Shown one piece after another: positions 39,336-52,900 of a stretch of DNA of 64,000 bases. The stretch comes from Octopus bimaculoides (lineage: Eukaryota), in assembly GCF_001194135.2 (NCBI RefSeq), contig NC_068999.1:34445825-34509824 (forward strand), in the 5' to 3' direction. The position numbers and the translations under genes were made by a program. The notes beneath the pieces were generated by a model. It did not search any database and was not told where the DNA came from. It worked only from the letters and a program-made list of their open reading frames with translations. Position 1 is the stretch's first letter. Each line of letters starts with the position of its first letter.

Positions 39336-39769
39336 ATTATTTTTATTATTATTATTATTATTATCATTTAAGTGTTTCAAGCAAGCGACAGTGAGTGTCA
39401 TTTGCTGCCCAACTACTACAGAACTACGATGTGTCAGAACGGTTCTCGTAGATCTAATTCGAATTCTTCAAACCCATCTCAAAGGGAAGAAGCACAGAGA
39501 CGGCAAAAAATTATTTCCTTAATTAAAACCAAAAGAAAAAAAAAGAAAATCTCAGAATTAATGTTGATGTGTATATAACAGAAATTGTGGTGGTGGAGTT
39601 TTGTGCTACCATCACTTTTAGAGTTTAAGAAAATTGTCAATCATAATGTATTGTAATGTCACCGAAAACTGCGTCTTTGATTACGATTGAGTTACATAAG
39701 CGCAAAGATGAACGCACAATTGTATTCCCTCTGCAAGTACGTGGTGTTTGGTTTTTGACTCACTTATCA

Positions 39770-39860
39770 ACACCTTGGGCAAGTGTCTTTTATATGTATC
39801 TCAGAACCGACCAATCTCGCAAAGAATGAATCTGGTACACAAAATCTATACGAAGACCCT
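39770..39860 (+). mobile_element. SINE family B head fragment
   Basis: CACCTTGGGCAAGTGTCTTTTATATGTATCTCAGAACCGACCAA. Confidence 0.65.
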
Positions 39861-40519
39861 CACCACTGAGGATGTGTGTGTCTGCGCACACACATACACA
39901 CAATGTCGCTGTATGTATATAATATACATATCTATATATATGTACATTATATATATATATATTATATATATNNNNNNNNNNATATATATAATTACACACA
40001 CACACGTATCTAATATATAATAGACATATATAGATACATATATATTTTTGTGTGTGTATACACGTCTTACACATACATACACATATCTTATGTACATATA
40101 CATACATCTTATGTATACATACATATATGTATGTGTGGGAGGAGGGTAGAAAATACGTTTGTGTGTTCCTCCACTGGTTTTCGATTTGTTAGTCCTCGTA
40201 AAGCTTTAGCAATTGCGACTGATAGAGCTTGGTATCGTGACAGGATCATTAAGCCAATAATAAATACAAAAAAAAAAAAANNNNNNNNNNNNNNNNNNNN
40301 NNCAAAAAAAAAAAGAAAGACAAAAATGAAGTCTGATAGAAAAAGTAACAGAATTAAAATAAGGAGTGGGATCGATTTGTTTAACCTTAGAATGTGGGGC
40401 CCCAGTATGCCTACAGTCCTGTAACTGAGCCAAGTAAATGAATATTCTCGGCAATTGTGTAATGCCCCCACCAGACGCACACACCATGTGCCTTTTATCT
40501 AACTTCAATTAAATCTCGA

Positions 40520-40918
40520 AGTGTCAAAGAAGTTAGGCTTAACATTATTCGTCCGTCTTTCATTCTAAGTTCAAATGCTACTGAGATCGACTTTGCTTTT
40601 CATCCTTCGTGATCGATAAAACAAGTTGCAGTTGAGCACTGGCGTCCCCCTAAAATTGTGCTTATTGCAGAAAGGATTATTATTATTAATGTTATTATTG
40701 TAGGACGGCGAATTGGCAGAATCCTTAGTACCCAGACCAAAATGGTTAGTACCATCTCATCTGTCTTTATGTTCTGAGTTCAAACTTCGCCGAGGACGAT
40801 TTTGCATTTTATCCTACCGAAGTCGATAAAATAAGTACCAGTTTAGTACTGGGAGTCGGTGGGATCGACTTACCCCCTTACCCGAGCTTGCTTTATGCCA
40901 ACATTTGAAACCATTATC
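40520..40918 (+). mobile_element. Two head-to-tail SINE family A copies joined by (ATT)n
   Basis: ...CAGAAAGGATTATTATTATT...GGACGGCGAATTGGCAGAATCC...CTGAGTTCAAACTTCGCCGAGG...AACATTTGAAACCATT. Confidence 0.82.
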
Positions 40919-41647
40919 CTTGTTCCAAAATTTAAAACCATTATCATCATCATCATCCTGCTCCTCGTCCTCCTCCTCTTCCTTCGTAGAGTATCGAGCA
41001 AAATGATTGTAATTTTGTGAAGTCCTGTACGTTCAGATTCAGGCCGTGTTTCTCGAGGTGGACGGACTGATAAACTTATAGCTTGTTTTAAATGGTTGAG
41101 CCTTGCAAAAATATCGTTACACAGTCTTGAACTTATGTTAAGCGTTATTATAATGCTTAAGTACATGGTAATGGCTGATCAGATCAAAATGGCGACGAGG
41201 GGAATTTAAAGCTTAGAATATGGCGGTGGCCAACAGAACCATGGTGGAAACTACTAAAATCAGTATGGCAGAATTAACAATCAATATGACGAAAGACAGC
41301 TGACAAAAATAATATAACGGAGGTTGATAATATCAATATGGTGGGGGTGGGATGAGAGGAACAATATGGCGTTGGACATAAAGCTTCGCAGTATTTAGTT
41401 ATGTGCCGTGCTGCCGTTCTCAGTCCCACACCCATTACAGTTAATTTGGCTTTAAATATTTCCGGTCCTTAACAAAACAAATAATTACCATCCACCGAAG
41501 TTAGAAAACACTATTAAGTTAGATGAGGAGGTGGGGAGAGAGGTGTTAATCAGATGAATAGAACAATAAAGTGATATGATTAATGAGACAGTTACTTTTT
41601 GCGTTCATTTTAGACATAAGAATCAAAGGTAGACATTTATAAATAAA

Positions 41648-41868
41648 ATCGAGGTCGCGTTTGTCTCTCATCCTTCAGTGGCCTTTTGCGCATGTTTGAA
41701 AATACTATTATTATGGTTGTTAAGCTATGAATTCATTTCCCAACGAAGTCAACCTAGCTTTTCAGCTCTTCAGTGTAGATTAAAATAAAGTACCAGTCAA
41801 GTGCTGGGGCTAATGCTCTTCAAAAACTGCTGGCTTTGTACCTAAAGGTACCACCACCACCACCACCA

Positions 41869-41915
<47 letters not shown>

Positions 41916-42136
41916 TATTAAAAGGCGACGAGCTGGCAGAATCGTTAGCACGCTGGACGAAATGCCTAGCGGTATATCTGCCGCTTGCTACGTCCCGAGT
42001 TCAAATTACGCCGAGGCTGACTTTGCCTTTCATCTTTTCGGAGTCGATTAAATAAGTACCACTTACGCACTGATGTCGATGGAATCGACAGGTCCCCTTC
42101 CTTAAAATTTCAGGCCTTGTGTCTATAGTAGAAAGG

Positions 42137-42184
<48 letters not shown>

Positions 42185-42420
42185 TCTATTATTATTAAGG
42201 CGGTGAACTAGCAGGATCGTAAGCCCGCGGGGCAAAATACTTAGCGGTATTTCGTCTGTCTTAAGGTTTTGGGTTCGAATGCCGCTAAGGTCAGGTTTGC
42301 ATTTCATCCTTTAGGGGTCCACAAAATAAGTAGCAGTTAAACACTGGGGATCAATTACATCGACTTACTCCCGAAATTGCTGGCCGCGTGCCAAAGTTCC
42401 AAACGATTATGATTATTATT
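41648..42420 (+). mobile_element. SINE family A cluster: partial copies 41648-41850, full copies 41922-42140 and 42197-42420
   Basis: Both full copies start AAGGCG immediately after long (ATT)n tracts. Confidence 0.85.
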
Positions 42421-42734
42421 ATTATTGACAGCAGCAGCAGTAATAGTTGTAGCAGTTGTAGGGAATTACACGATATCAATATATAAATTGATGATAGCTC
42501 TTCATAAGCGGTGAGTATTAATGCAACGTTTAAAATACATTCGCAAATACTAAAAAAAGAAAAAAACAAAACAAAAAAAAACAATCAACTCAAAAGTGTA
42601 ATGACACATCAAGATAACGTGTGAATAAAACATATACCGTGTATGTATACATGCATTGATATAACATAAAAAGTCCATAAACAAAACAAAATTGTGAGTA
42701 TAATAAATATATATATATATATATATATACATAT

Positions 42735-42788
<54 letters not shown>

Positions 42789-43821
42789 NNNNNNNNNNNN
42801 NNNNNNNNNNNNNNNNNNNNNNNNNNNNNNNNNNNNNNNNNNNNNNNNNNNNNNNNNNNNNNNNNNNNNNNNNNNNNNNNNNNNNNNNNNNNNNNNNNNN
42901 NNNNNNNNNNNNNNNNNNNNNNNNNNNNNNNNNNNNNNNNNNNNNNNNNNNNNNNNNNNNNNNNNNNNNNNNNNNNNNNNNNNNNNNNNNNNNNNNNNNN
43001 NNNNNNNNNNNNNNNNNNNNNNNNNNNNNNNNNNNNNNNNNNNNNNNNNNNNNNNNNNNNNNNNNNNNNNNNNNNNNNNNNNNNNNNNNNNNNNNNNNNN
43101 NNNNNNNNNNNNNNNNNNNNNNNNNNNNNNNNNNNNNNNNNNNNNNNNNNNNNNNNNNNNNNNNNNNNNNNNNNNNNNNNNNNNNNNNNNNNNNNNNNNN
43201 NNNNNNNNNNNNNNNNNNNNNNNNNNNNNNNNNNNNNNNNNNNNNNNNNNNNNNNNNNNNNNNNNNNNNNAGAAAGAGAGAGAAATTTAATACAGCTTTC
43301 GGTCGGATGTTTTTTTATTGTTATTGTCATACTTTATATGTCGTTTTCTTTTTATTTTATTTATCATTCATAATTAATTTAGCAACTGTTTATAATAATT
43401 ATTAAATATTATCACTTTAACTATTCTTATAAAGAAAGTATTATTATTATCATTATTATTATTATTATTGAGATTTTTATGATTTGACGGGCAACATTTT
43501 TTTATGTAGTGTTTTTGGTATCGAAATACTTTCAAACTTCGAATACTTGTATATTTTGTGTTATAGAACAGATAAAAAATTTTGTATTCGAAGTTATTTC
43601 ATGTAAAAAATTGTCGCATTTCGGTAATTTCAACCAATCACTGACGTCAAATCATAAAGATCCTTATTATTGCTGTTGTTTTTACTATTATTGCTTCTGC
43701 TGTTATCTGAGATGGTGATAATGCTGATGTCAGTGACTGTTATGGAGTGTTGTTCTTGTCGATAATGTTCATGAAACAGAGACTAAACTTGTGTTTCCAA
43801 GCCGCTTTGCTAACACCCATA

Positions 43822-43900
<79 letters not shown>

Positions 43901-44188
43901 TAACCCAAGAGAAAAGAGTATTTCAAAATTAGTGCAGATATATTAGAATCACTCTCTTGTAATCCGAACTTGGTTACCTATATCGACCAGTAGGAAACTA
44001 AAATGTTATGCTTACTTAAAACTTTGGATCTACATAGTACTATAATCCAATGAAGAGGAATCGATTAGTTGTACAGAAACATCGCATCAAGGGATCCGAC
44101 AAACGCTTGCATAGCAGAAACACGTGTCGGCATCTTGTCTTTTATAACTATTAGCTAAAGACGTATTATTCTCTATTTTTCATTTTGT

Positions 44189-44224
<36 letters not shown>

Positions 44225-45067
44225 ATCATAGATGGTCTGGGGTGCAACATTTTATGTTCTTAAGAGGTTTCGGTATTTCAACATTAGATAGTTCTCCTAC
44301 CCAGTTGTTCATGTCCGAGGTTGTTCAAGTCCTAGTTGAACCATTTGTTGTAGTCATAAAATGGCGGCCAGAGCTTCGTGGAGCGAATGCCCCGCACGAT
44401 ACGTGTATATAAATATACACACACACACACACACACACACACGTAACAAGACAGGTACTCAGGAAGAAATATTCGCCATTGATTTTAGCGGGGTGTTCTT
44501 CAAAGTGTTCAATAGATGTTCTTATAAATTATGAATTGAGGCTGCGATATAACGGAGGGAGGGAGAGAGAGATCCTATTACACAATAGAAGGGGAATATA
44601 TATTTCCCCTAGAACTTATACATTACGTAAAACGGTGTAAAATTATTGTACATATACACATACTTGCATGTATAAATATTCAGTTTTACATAAAGTTTCC
44701 ACACACACACACACATACGAATTTCCCCACCACACACGAATCTCTACAATTTCCCCACCACACACGAATCTCTCCAGTCTTTTTCACATTCATGAATGTA
44801 TGACCACTACATACATATGCATGACACATTCATGTATACATGTGCATAGATATACATAAATAATACAGTTCCTAGGCTCAAGTGAGAAGAGACAGTGTAC
44901 AGATGTGTGTGCGAGCATGAACGAATCTGCGTATGTGTTCGTGTATGTAGCTAGATGTGCATGTGTGTGTGTATGAATTTATACGCGTGTGTGTGTGCGT
45001 GTGTTTATATATACATGTGTATTCATATATACATACATATATATACATGTATATGTGTATCTATCTA

Positions 45068-45145
<78 letters not shown>

Positions 45146-45212
45146 TATGTACAAATACACACATACATATACATATATACATGCGTATGTGAGCATATAT
45201 ATATATGTCTTA

Positions 45213-45249
<37 letters not shown>

Positions 45250-45438
45250 TTTGTATTATATATATATATATATATAAAATAAGACAGAGCTACACTCCGA
45301 CGACTGTCTCTCCCCCACTACTCTTTCCTCTTAACCTCACCCCCAAAACGGCTGTTCTCAAGAACCCTATAGACTTCGTTGATGGAATCGCAGCAAATGA
45401 TAAACTCTCACGTTATCTTATAATCATATCTGTTGTAG

Positions 45439-45482
<44 letters not shown>

Positions 45483-45939
45483 TACTATTATTATTATTAT
45501 TATTACTACTATTATTATTATTATTACTACTATTATTATTATTATTCCCCTCGCACCCTCCTTCAACTCTCAGTTCGTTCACTTCACATACCCTACCATT
45601 CTCGTTCCCCCACACACATCAATAAACTGGCCCTTCCCTTTCGCACCCCACACTCATCTTCTATACATTTCTAGAGAGGTCTTCCACAAGAAATATATTT
45701 TAATAGTTTGGAGAAGAAATAGGCAACCTGCATCCACTCACACTCACACACATGTATATAAATATATAGACAATCGGGAATTACGTTCATAATACAGCTT
45801 TCCCTTCCAATTTTATACGCATATTTCCGATTTTATAACTATACACAATTATGCATGTACATAAATATACAGAAATACATTACATATCTATATACATACA
45901 ATATATACAGAGGTATGTATGTGTCTGTCTATCTTTCTG

Positions 45940-46085
45940 TGGCTGGCTATGTGGTAAGAAATTTGCTTACCAACCACACGACTCCGGGTTCAGCCCCATT
46001 GCGTGGCACTTTGGGCAAGTGTCTTCTCTAACCTCGGGCGGACTAAAGCCTTTTGAGTTGTTTTGGTAGATGGGAACTGAAAAAA
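45940..46085 (+). mobile_element. SINE family B head; its internal (TA)n runs into a 632-nt gap
   Basis: GTGGTAAGAAATTTGCTTACCAACCACACGACTCCGGGTTCAGCCCCATTGCGTGGCACTTTGGGCAAGTGTC. Confidence 0.88.
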
Positions 46086-47121
46086 GCCAGTTGAGTATAT
46101 ATATATATATATATATATNNNNNNNNNNNNNNNNNNNNNNNNNNNNNNNNNNNNNNNNNNNNNNNNNNNNNNNNNNNNNNNNNNNNNNNNNNNNNNNNNN
46201 NNNNNNNNNNNNNNNNNNNNNNNNNNNNNNNNNNNNNNNNNNNNNNNNNNNNNNNNNNNNNNNNNNNNNNNNNNNNNNNNNNNNNNNNNNNNNNNNNNNN
46301 NNNNNNNNNNNNNNNNNNNNNNNNNNNNNNNNNNNNNNNNNNNNNNNNNNNNNNNNNNNNNNNNNNNNNNNNNNNNNNNNNNNNNNNNNNNNNNNNNNNN
46401 NNNNNNNNNNNNNNNNNNNNNNNNNNNNNNNNNNNNNNNNNNNNNNNNNNNNNNNNNNNNNNNNNNNNNNNNNNNNNNNNNNNNNNNNNNNNNNNNNNNN
46501 NNNNNNNNNNNNNNNNNNNNNNNNNNNNNNNNNNNNNNNNNNNNNNNNNNNNNNNNNNNNNNNNNNNNNNNNNNNNNNNNNNNNNNNNNNNNNNNNNNNN
46601 NNNNNNNNNNNNNNNNNNNNNNNNNNNNNNNNNNNNNNNNNNNNNNNNNNNNNNNNNNNNNNNNNNNNNNNNNNNNNNNNNNNNNNNNNNNNNNNNNNNN
46701 NNNNNNNNNNNNNNNNNNNNNNNNNNNNNNNNNNNNNNNNNNNNNNNNNNTATATATATATATATGCTTTGTCGCATACTGTGCCACGCTGTTTTTGTCT
46801 GAACATTACGTTATGGATTACTCATGTCTGTGGAATACTCAGTCACCTGAGTATTCCGACTCAAGAGCATATAATTCATTTGACTGAAAAATTGAGAACT
46901 CATCGCCAAACAACGGAGATCTACAAACATACATACATACAAAATGGAATAGGGAAGACAAGTCGAGACATGGGACAGAGACCCGTTGATGAGGTCACAG
47001 ATTATGTGACGAAAGAACTTTGAAAGACAAATAAACTAAAAATGATAATAAAGCTAAAGTGAATATCAAATAAGTAGTGCGTGTGATAAATAGGCAAAAG
47101 ATGACGATCCATAGTTTAACA

Positions 47122-47174
<53 letters not shown>

Positions 47175-47643
47175 AAGGGAAAACCCTAGTTAACCAATAC
47201 CTTACGGGTATGAATCACTAGTAATATCTATTCAAGATAAAGCAGAAGCGACAACATCAAACGTCATGCAAAATTGTTAAGATATACGCTGAGAGAAAAA
47301 GGAAAAGAAAGAACCACAAAGAGCAAACAAAAAATAAATCTGTTGAATTGTTGACATCGTAACAACTTGGGAGAAGTTTCGGTATTAACAGAGATCATCA
47401 GAGCAATTTAATTAAAATCTAAACATGGTCGAAATGGTTAGCACCGTATCTGCTAATGATCATATGAATTTTCCAAACAACGTGTACTAATTTTACTAAC
47501 TTTAATTTATTCATATTTCAGGATAATCATCACATTTTCCTGTTTTCAGTCATCTCCCTTCTCTAGAAATACGTAAGTGTTGGCCCAGTCATTGTCGACC
47601 CTAAAGTGACGTAGAACCTTAGCATATACAATAACAGTAAAAG

Positions 47644-47681
<38 letters not shown>

Positions 47682-48117
47682 TATGCTGTTATGTACACAG
47701 AAATACCCACATAACCCAACTAAGCTTTGCACTGTTCAAAAGGGATAAACATTCCTCAGGTAAACATTCATTAATATTATATCACCTGAAGAAATGAATC
47801 CATGAAGATGATCAACCCAATGCCCACGGGTTCTACGGACTATACTGTAATCATCCCAGGAATATGGACTGTGATCTTGAGGGACACATGATACATGGAA
47901 ACGCGCGTAGCGATGCATTAAATGTTTATAAATGCCATCCAAGGATTATTGTTATTATTATTATGTCTATCCTACATTATATCGGTACAGATCGATATCA
48001 TCCCCAAAACTGGTTCACCATTCAGCGTCATGAGACTGTAGACGGCGTCATGGAAAAGGACCCTTATTTGCATTTTCGAAACGTTTTCCGTAAACAAATT
48101 TAAAAGATATATGTATG

Positions 48118-48331
48118 TATTCTTTTTATCCTTTTACTTGTTTCGGTCATTTGACTGCAGCCATGCTGGGTCACCGCCTTTAGTCGAACAAATCGACCCC
48201 AGGACTTATTCTTTGCAAGCCTAGTACTTATTTCATCCGTCCCTTTTGCCGAACCGCTTGGTGACGTGGATGTTAACACACCAGCATCAGTTGTCAAGTG
48301 ATGGTGGGGAGGCACAAACACAGACACACAA

Positions 48332-48335
<4 letters not shown>
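48118..48335 (-). mobile_element. SINE family B, second half
   Basis: CTTTTACTTGTTTCGGTCATTTGACTGCAGCCATGCTGG...CGACCCCAGGACTTATTC...TTTTGCCGAACCGCT. Confidence 0.9.
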
Positions 48336-48416
<81 letters not shown>

Positions 48417-49607
48417 AGAAACAGACATATATCCATAAGCACACACATATGGGACTGTAAACTTTGACATCTCACAGTTTTGTGTGTTGCACATTCAAAC
48501 ATCCGTGTAGCAAGAGATATCTTTTATAAGTCATATTCGCAAACCACCAAAGGTACGTACGTGTAGTATACGTATATACGAAATATCTTTCAGATAACAG
48601 TTATAGGTATATTAACGTAATATAATTCACTACTTCGTTATCTTAGCGCTAACTGTTTAATTATATAATTCTATATTTATACAGGTCTGTACGCAATCGC
48701 GAAGTGAATGTGAAATTCTGGATAGTGCTCAATATCTAGAGATAGCGCTGATCCAAATTTGTGTGCGTATAAACACAGTTATCATGGAAACCGTACTATG
48801 TATATGATATGATATATCCACATGTGACACAAACATTTATATATTAGTATAATATAGCACTGTATGTGTACGGGGGGGGGTGTATTTATAAGTATCTACA
48901 TACATATATACACACATATATATATATATATAAGCCTACATACCTGTGTGTGTGCGTGTGCGTGTGCGTGCGCGTGCGCGCGCGCGTGTGTATGTATACT
49001 TATGTACACACACATACATAAAATGTTCAATTATATCGTTGTATTTGTATTGATATATATTTATGTACTCGTACACGCACGCACACACAGAGACGGACAC
49101 AGACATTCATTACTAATCTGGTTAGATACCAACAAAAGCAAACACCCTCCCCTCCCTAAAAAAATATATATGAAAAACAAAAGCTCATATGTCCCAAGCT
49201 CTAACAAAGATATCATCTACACTCCCTGCCAACCCCAGCGTTTTCTACAGAAAATGAAAAAAAAAAAAGCAATACAAAACAAAACAAAAAAACTGTAATA
49301 ATAATAATGATAATAATAATACTGCAAAATGGAAGCGAGAAGTGGGCAACATCAGAAGTCAATTTCCTTTGCCATTTATTAAGTCAGATAATTATAATGG
49401 CATTAGACAGGATCCGCCGGTTTGGTAATGGGCAGACATTAGAACAAGCTTTACTGTTGACAAATATATCGATAAACAACAGTCCAGCTCTTGTCACTTA
49501 GTTACTCTACTTTGAGGCGATGGATATAGGAGGAGGAAATTGCAAAAAAAAAAAACAAGCTTTACTATACAGTTTTCTCGTTCTCTGCCTCCTACTACTC
49601 ATGTATA

Positions 49608-51111
49608 CTCCCAGAACCATGCTAATAGCTTAGGAGTGAAATTTAGGATTTCTCAGTTTTCTGTGAATCGATTTTGATAAAACTTTTCCCAGCTGGTTTG
49701 CACACTATGGCAACACCATTGTTATGTTTTCATTATTCTATGTAACGTCCATTCTTTTTTATTTCAGATTCTTCAGTTTCTGGATGAACCACGCTAATAG
49801 CTTTTGAATGAAAATGGCCCACCGAGACATTTTTACAAAACATGAAAGATAATAATACATATTAATCATACATTGAGTATATATTTAACAGAAAACCATA
49901 ATATTATAACATTTATTGACATAATGATTTATTTAAAAGCCTTATGAGCACCCTTTCGACGAATAATTTCAAAACCCCTTTTAGTCATGGAATCTGTCAA
50001 TTTCTTAACAGGTTGGAATGCCTCTGGTCGCCCTTATGACATCTTTCGACGTAAATTTGGTGTCCATCGGCATAAACATCTTGTTTAATGATAGACCAAA
50101 GATTTTCGATATGGTCGAGATCTGGAGATACTAGCAGCCACATCATCAAGCTTTCACCTTGTATGCCATAAGACCCTAAGAATGTTTGGGTGGTCCTAGC
50201 AGAGTGGGAGGGAGCATTGTCATGCATGAATACGAGATTCCTAAGAAGTTGCAGCAGTATGTCATCTAGCTAGGTATCTAAGACCGCCCTCGGAAGATTC
50301 TAATAGGCGGCTTGCGGCACTTTAACCTCTTCAGGCACCCTGACTGGGCCAACAAGTCTGTCCCCAATGACATCAGCCAACAACATGACTCCTCCAGCCT
50401 GTTGCAAACGTCGTAAACGTTGGTGACGCTCATCTCCAAAATAATCCCAATCATTTGCCCAACTGTCAGGTTCGTCAAGGATCACCCTGGTTTCGTCAGT
50501 GAATAGAACACAACTCATGTCTGACGTCATGTACTTTTGGGCCCATTGAAGCCTCAAACTCTTGTGAGGAGGCAGTTTCAGGAGTTCTCGTACGGAAGCC
50601 ATGGTCCCGAGGATGCGATTCCTGGTGGTTTTCGGTACATGAGGAAGTCCAGAGGCAGTGAAAATGGCTTTGCTTGTTTGTCCAACCTTCCCACGTAATT
50701 TGCAGCCAATATTTCTTAAATCCCTTTTTGTCAGTCTTGGCGGTCCCACTATCGAATCGTTTCTTCCTTGGCGCTCATGTGGTTAAATAATTTAGTACGT
50801 CGATAAATGTTATATTATGGTTTTCTGTTAAATATATACTCAATGTATGCTTAATATCTATCATTACCCTTCATTTTCTGAAAAAAAAAAAAAAAAAAAT
50901 GTCCAGGTGGCCTATTTTCATTCAAAAGCTATTGGCGTGGTTCACTCCCAAACTGAAGAATCTGAAATAAAAAAGAAAGGACGTTATACAGAACAATGAG
51001 AACATAACAATGGGGTTGCCATAGTGTGTAATCCAGCTGGGAAAAGTGTTATCAAAATCGATTCACAGAAAACTGAGAAATCCTACAGTTCACTCCTTAG
51101 TTATTAACGTG
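49608..51111 (-). mobile_element. Tc1-superfamily DNA transposon fossil, DD37E (TRT-like), with about 305-bp inverted arms
   Basis: Arms 49618-49922 and 50798-51111 are reverse complements (roughly 85% identical by eye). Between them lies a frameshifted transposase: VLFTDETR, MHDNAPSH, SPDLDHIENLWSIIK, with 37 residues between the second D and the E. Confidence 0.92.
49932..50770 (-). pseudogene. DD37E transposase pseudogene lacking its N-terminus
   Basis: ORFs 50300-50749 and 49997-50227 are in different frames; the C-terminus TDSMTKRGFEIIRRKGAHKAFK* ends at about 49932. Confidence 0.9.
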
Positions 51112-52019
51112 TTTGTGTGTTTGTGTGTGTGTGTGTGGGGGGGATGACCAATTTCTCATTTAGATTTGAAAATATTCAGCTTTGTCCAGGATGCAGTAAA
51201 TCTGGAACACATATTGCTTACACTCAAGACATTAAAATATATGATTAAAATTGCCTTCACGACATTTTCCTCGTACTCCGATCATGTTAAGAGTAACGCC
51301 ACATATTGCATACTAAGTCAACATACTCCTTGGTATGGAGCGAGTAACCACTCACTTTAACACTATTTCACTGTAATCTGCTGTATGGAGAGAGAGTAAG
51401 AAAACACTACATATTACATTAAGACTTACAACTGTTTAAAACTGGTAAAACGATTGTGTATAGAAAGAACAATTCTAAGAATGTTCTTCCAGGTTATCTC
51501 TTTATATATACAGCACTGAATCTTCTTTGATGATGTCTGAGGCTCTCAATGTCAAAACGGTGCGTATTAAGAATATATTACTGATGGTAATTGAAAAATC
51601 ACCGTACACTAAATATATTTGTAGTAAAGAGATTAAAGGCAATGAATGTGGTGCTGATGGTAAGTCAACATATCTGCTTCTGTCGAGTACACAACACGAT
51701 CCTGTTTTGATCTTAGGTTGAAACTCTTTGCTTCTATTTACAACATATGAAGTAATGAGTGTCACATTACCTGGTCATATCTTTTCTGAATATATTTTGT
51801 TCTTAGTAGATTTTGTTGCTTAACTCCATCTAAACAAACCTATGATTAAATGCATCCCAACCAGAACCAACGTGTCATTTTATATTTTTAAATGGAGTGA
51901 ATACTTCAAATATACCTGGACAAATTCCTTCAAGGGGTACTGGTTAAGGCACCTGTGCTTGGAAACATCATGATATCACAAGACTTGAATTAAAAATGAC
52001 TTAACAGATCCTTATTAAA

Positions 52020-52160
52020 TTTGACATGGCTTGGTTCAATCTTTGGCCGAAAGATATCTAAGTTATCTAAGTAACGCTCTTCATTCTTTAAGGCGGTGAT
52101 GCTGTGTTATGAGAGAGATTCAATTGCTATGGTCGAATGATCGCACAGCTTACCGCTTCT
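52020..52160 (+). mobile_element. Family D fragment (diverged)
   Basis: CTTTAAGGCGGTGATGCTGTGTTATGAGAGAGATTCAATTGCTAT-GGTCGAATGATCGC. Confidence 0.45.
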
Positions 52161-52236
52161 CAAGCATTTTTTTTTACTAACACCACTCTGCGATGATCCA
52201 GCAAAATTAAATGCACCCCATATATATACACATACA

Positions 52237-52306
<70 letters not shown>

Positions 52307-52729
52307 TCAGAACTTAACCTAACGTTGCAAATGCAGTCGCTGTATTTATTGCATGGATGACCACCACCTCCACCACTAATTTAGTCAATACGTTTTAAAC
52401 AATACTTTGTTATTATTTGTAGTTTACATACATAGGTGGTATGAATACTTTTTTTTTGATTCCTTATTTATATTTTAAAGTCTGTTATCATTATTGTCGA
52501 TTTGTCATTGTTTATTGAAAAGTATCAGTATAGAGCCCCCGCCCCCCGCTCGCTGGTTAGTATTCGTAAGAAGGAAAGTTGAGTAAATTCAGATTTGTGT
52601 AACAATACCTCTCTGTAGGAAACATAATTTCAAATAGCCACAAATGAAATAATTGTCACCTGGGGTAGTTCTGATTTCATAAAATTTAGCATAAAACCAT
52701 ACAATTGTAGGAAAGGAAAGGGAAACATT

Positions 52730-52900
52730 TTATCAGTTACATCTGTTCTAGGGGTTGGCTGGCAATTATCTTATCGATCTTGGAGGAATGAAAAACTGAA
52801 TTGAACTTCGGCGAGATTTGAACACAGAATCTTGAAGATAAAGCTGATTAATACACAACATACACGGAAACTAAAAGACAAAATAAATAATCCGAAATCC
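52730..52900 (-). mobile_element. Old SINE family A copy
   Basis: TTATCGATCTTGGAGGAATGAAAAACTGAATTGAACTTCGGCGAGATTTGAACACAGAA. Confidence 0.7.

Noticed and set aside
43634-43649. CCAAT next to a palindromic CRE (TGACGTCA)
   Set aside because: A single 8-mer is expected about once by chance in this window, and there is no other promoter evidence.
47801-48103. About 100 open codons on plus (HEDDQPNAHGFYG...) with an overlapping 68-aa minus ORF
   Set aside because: No motif recognised and no convincing splice sites. A blastp would be needed, and I cannot support a call.
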